Below are positions 62,290 to 64,000 of a stretch of DNA of 64,000 nt, piece after piece. Position 1 is the first letter of the stretch. Every line of letters starts with the position of its first letter. The DNA comes from a virus: IMG/VR virus record IMGVR_UViG_3300015241_000002, positions 1 to 64,000 of that record. The stretch is one strand, 5' to 3'. The position numbers were made by a program, and so were the translations under genes. The notes under the pieces are model-generated. The model had not been told where the DNA came from, searched no databases, and worked only from the letters and a program-made list of their open reading frames with translations.

Positions 62290-62754
62290 ATGAACAAGTT
62301 TCGAATTTATCTAACGACAGTTCTACTGATCGTCGGTATTGGGTTTGTTATGGCTCCAAGTGCTAATGCTGATATTTGTAGTGGAGTACCTGGTTGCTAT
62401 AGCGATTGGAAGTCCATTACCTACCACAATGCATACGATGATGGTGTAGATATTACTGTCGCACAAGCGGTGGCGTGGCACCCGGACGATCTATCTCGAA
62501 CGGTTTACGCTTCTGGATCATATTGTTGGTCTGACGGGCCGCACATTTGCCATCGTATGGATGAGATGCGCCTCTATTGGGCAGTTCCTGGTTCTGGTGT
62601 TTGGAATCAATATTACGCTCAAAGTCCAGGTCCCAACTATGGATATTATACTGTTCAATACATTACACCTCCAAGTAATGGGTCTGTCAAAGGCTGGATG
62701 GCTAAGTTCCGTTTCGCCGGGGACTGGGTGAACGCTCCTATTATCTATAACTAG
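62290..62754 (+). CDS. secreted protein
   Basis: 154 aa with GGAAGGGA upstream. The signal peptide is MNKFRIYLTTVLLIVGIGFVMAPSANA. Confidence 0.6.
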   Translation: MNKFRIYLTTVLLIVGIGFVMAPSANADICSGVPGCYSDWKSITYHNAYDDGVDITVAQAVAWHPDDLSRTVYASGSYCWSDGPHICHRMDEMRLYWAVPGSGVWNQYYAQSPGPNYGYYTVQYITPPSNGSVKGWMAKFRFAGDWVNAPIIYN

Positions 62755-62786
62755 AGTTACTCTCGGAAACTACGGAGTGCTGAGTA

Positions 62787-63017
62787 ATGAAGCTAAGGCA
62801 TAGGCGTAGAGAACGTGAGAGAATAGAGGAACGGAGATATATTTATAGGCATGCAAGGGAATTAGCTGCGTGGAACAGCCCCAAGTTTCAACAATGGTGG
62901 GAGGAATTCACTAAAGCGTACGAGGCTAATAGAAATGCGGCATTAAGAGCTACACTAAGGCGTGGAGATCCACCAAAGGATAGGGAAGTTATACCTTGGA
63001 ATCCATATAATGGGTAG
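62787..63017 (+). CDS. hypothetical basic protein
   Basis: 76-aa ORF with an Arg-rich N-terminus. Confidence 0.5.
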   Translation: MKLRHRRRERERIEERRYIYRHARELAAWNSPKFQQWWEEFTKAYEANRNAALRATLRRGDPPKDREVIPWNPYNG

Positions 63018-63225
63018 ACAATCAATCATGGAAGATTTTGCTACCGTTCGTTCCGCATTGGAAGACGCTGTTAAGCACTTAATGATGAACGGATACGATA
63101 TGCGATTGCATGAAAATTTTGGCGATGCACTTTATAGTTTAACAAGAATTGAAAAGGCATATTCTGAAAAAAGAATTGAAGATGTAATAGTAAATGACCC
63201 CAATATACAAGATCATATAAAGTAG
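63010..63225 (+). CDS. hypothetical protein
   Basis: Internal ATG at 63010, overlapping the upstream gene by 8 nt. The product is 71 aa. Confidence 0.45.
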   Translation: MGRQSIMEDFATVRSALEDAVKHLMMNGYDMRLHENFGDALYSLTRIEKAYSEKRIEDVIVNDPNIQDHIK

Positions 63226-63235
63226 AGGAAAAATA

Positions 63236-63586
63236 ATGGATGCAGAAAAAGTTGCTTTTATGGTAGAATGGGCAGCAGAGGGTGGTGCTCATTTAGAAAC
63301 GAATGGAGAGTGTGGATTCGGCCGTGATTGTGTGGGCATTTCCAAAGACAATGCTTACATTGATTACGACTACAAAGATAATATTTGGGTTCCAGAAGAT
63401 GCTTACCACAAGCACGATTGTCTAGCCGTTTTAGGTCATGGAGAAGGACCATTAGAGCAGCTATATCAGTGGGTTAAGTGGCTCAAAGACAATGGCTGGA
63501 TCATCAAAACTGATCCGCGTAACCCTAAGGATGATTTAGATCTTCTATTTCATGGAGTAACAACTTCTTATATTAAGGCACTTTAG
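63236..63586 (+). CDS. hypothetical protein
   Basis: 116-aa ORF with GAGGAAAAATA upstream. Confidence 0.55.
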   Translation: MDAEKVAFMVEWAAEGGAHLETNGECGFGRDCVGISKDNAYIDYDYKDNIWVPEDAYHKHDCLAVLGHGEGPLEQLYQWVKWLKDNGWIIKTDPRNPKDDLDLLFHGVTTSYIKAL

Positions 63587-63589
63587 ATC

Positions 63590-64000
63590 ATGAAGACTGC
63601 CAAAGAATGGTTGGTAGATGACTATATCGAGAGTAAATTATTCCATGAAATACATAACTCTGAGAGAAAATCTTTTGAAGGGTGCAGACGTAGGTGGGAC
63701 TGGCATTTTCGTGACTCACTCTACCCACCTACAACGCTAAAAGTTTTTGAATTCGGTATAGCGTACCACAAAGGGATGGAGGTGTACTATAACCCAGAGA
63801 CTTGGAAATGGGATGACGAGGTAAAAGCCAATCTTAGCATCAAAGCATTCGTAGATTCTTGCGAAGAACAGCGTGCGAAGGCTCTAGCCTCCAACATTTT
63901 CTATGATCATGAAGTTGAGCAGGATTATAATGAAAGAGTAGAGCTCGGCAAAGGAATGCTAAACTACTACTTTTCTTCGGTTGCACCCAAAGAAGATAAC
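63590..64000 (+). CDS. PD-(D/E)XK Cas4/RecB-like exonuclease, 5' fragment (continues beyond the window)
   Basis: The frame is open from the ATG at 63590 to the window end. The N-terminus (SERKSFEGCRRRWDWHF...FGIAYHKGMEVYY) resembles the start of actinophage Cas4-family exonucleases. Confidence 0.5.
   Translation, partial: MKTAKEWLVDDYIESKLFHEIHNSERKSFEGCRRRWDWHFRDSLYPPTTLKVFEFGIAYHKGMEVYYNPETWKWDDEVKANLSIKAFVDSCEEQRAKALASNIFYDHEVEQDYNERVELGKGMLNYYFSSVAPKEDN

Overview
The window looks like a contiguous piece of a tailed, siphovirus-like actinobacteriophage genome. It is densely packed with genes, and I saw no rRNA, CRISPR array or integrase. There are three transcription blocks. (1) 1-9507 on the + strand carries replication and nucleotide-metabolism genes: a DUF397 fragment, two freestanding HNH endonucleases, two MazG-like pyrophosphatases, DUF1653, a family-4 UDG, a family-A DNA polymerase whose frame is broken, a RuvC-like resolvase and an Rv2179c-like 3'-5' exoribonuclease. 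(2) 9653-40062 on the - strand carries the late genes: a TerS-like protein, small basic proteins, TerL, a Mu-like portal, an inserted fibre-like cassette with a 1180-aa phosphoesterase/repeat protein, an HNH, a Mu gpI-like protease/scaffold, a decoration protein, the major capsid protein, connector proteins, the major tail protein, G/G-T chaperones with a GGGAAAC slip site, a 1480-aa tape measure carrying a LAGLIDADG intein, minor tail proteins, a DUF1906-type lysin and holin-like proteins. (3) 40732-64000 on the + strand carries about 65 mostly small early genes, plus tRNA-Leu(UAA), tRNA-Arg(UCU), DUF932, an SNF2 helicase, DUF1599 and a Cas4-like nuclease fragment. The blocks converge at a large hairpin (9512-9577) and diverge across a 670-nt repeat-bearing region (40063-40731). 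The signals that ordinary annotation leaves unexplained are listed here. A strongly over-represented motif, (G)CCCCACAGGG(GC), sits mostly just 3' of stop codons. Two long ORF-free regions contain tRNA-like modules that lack an anticodon arm. An ORF-free stretch carries iteron-like repeats. Several patches are richer in GC than the rest. All functional calls come from motifs I recognised by eye, and no database search was run.
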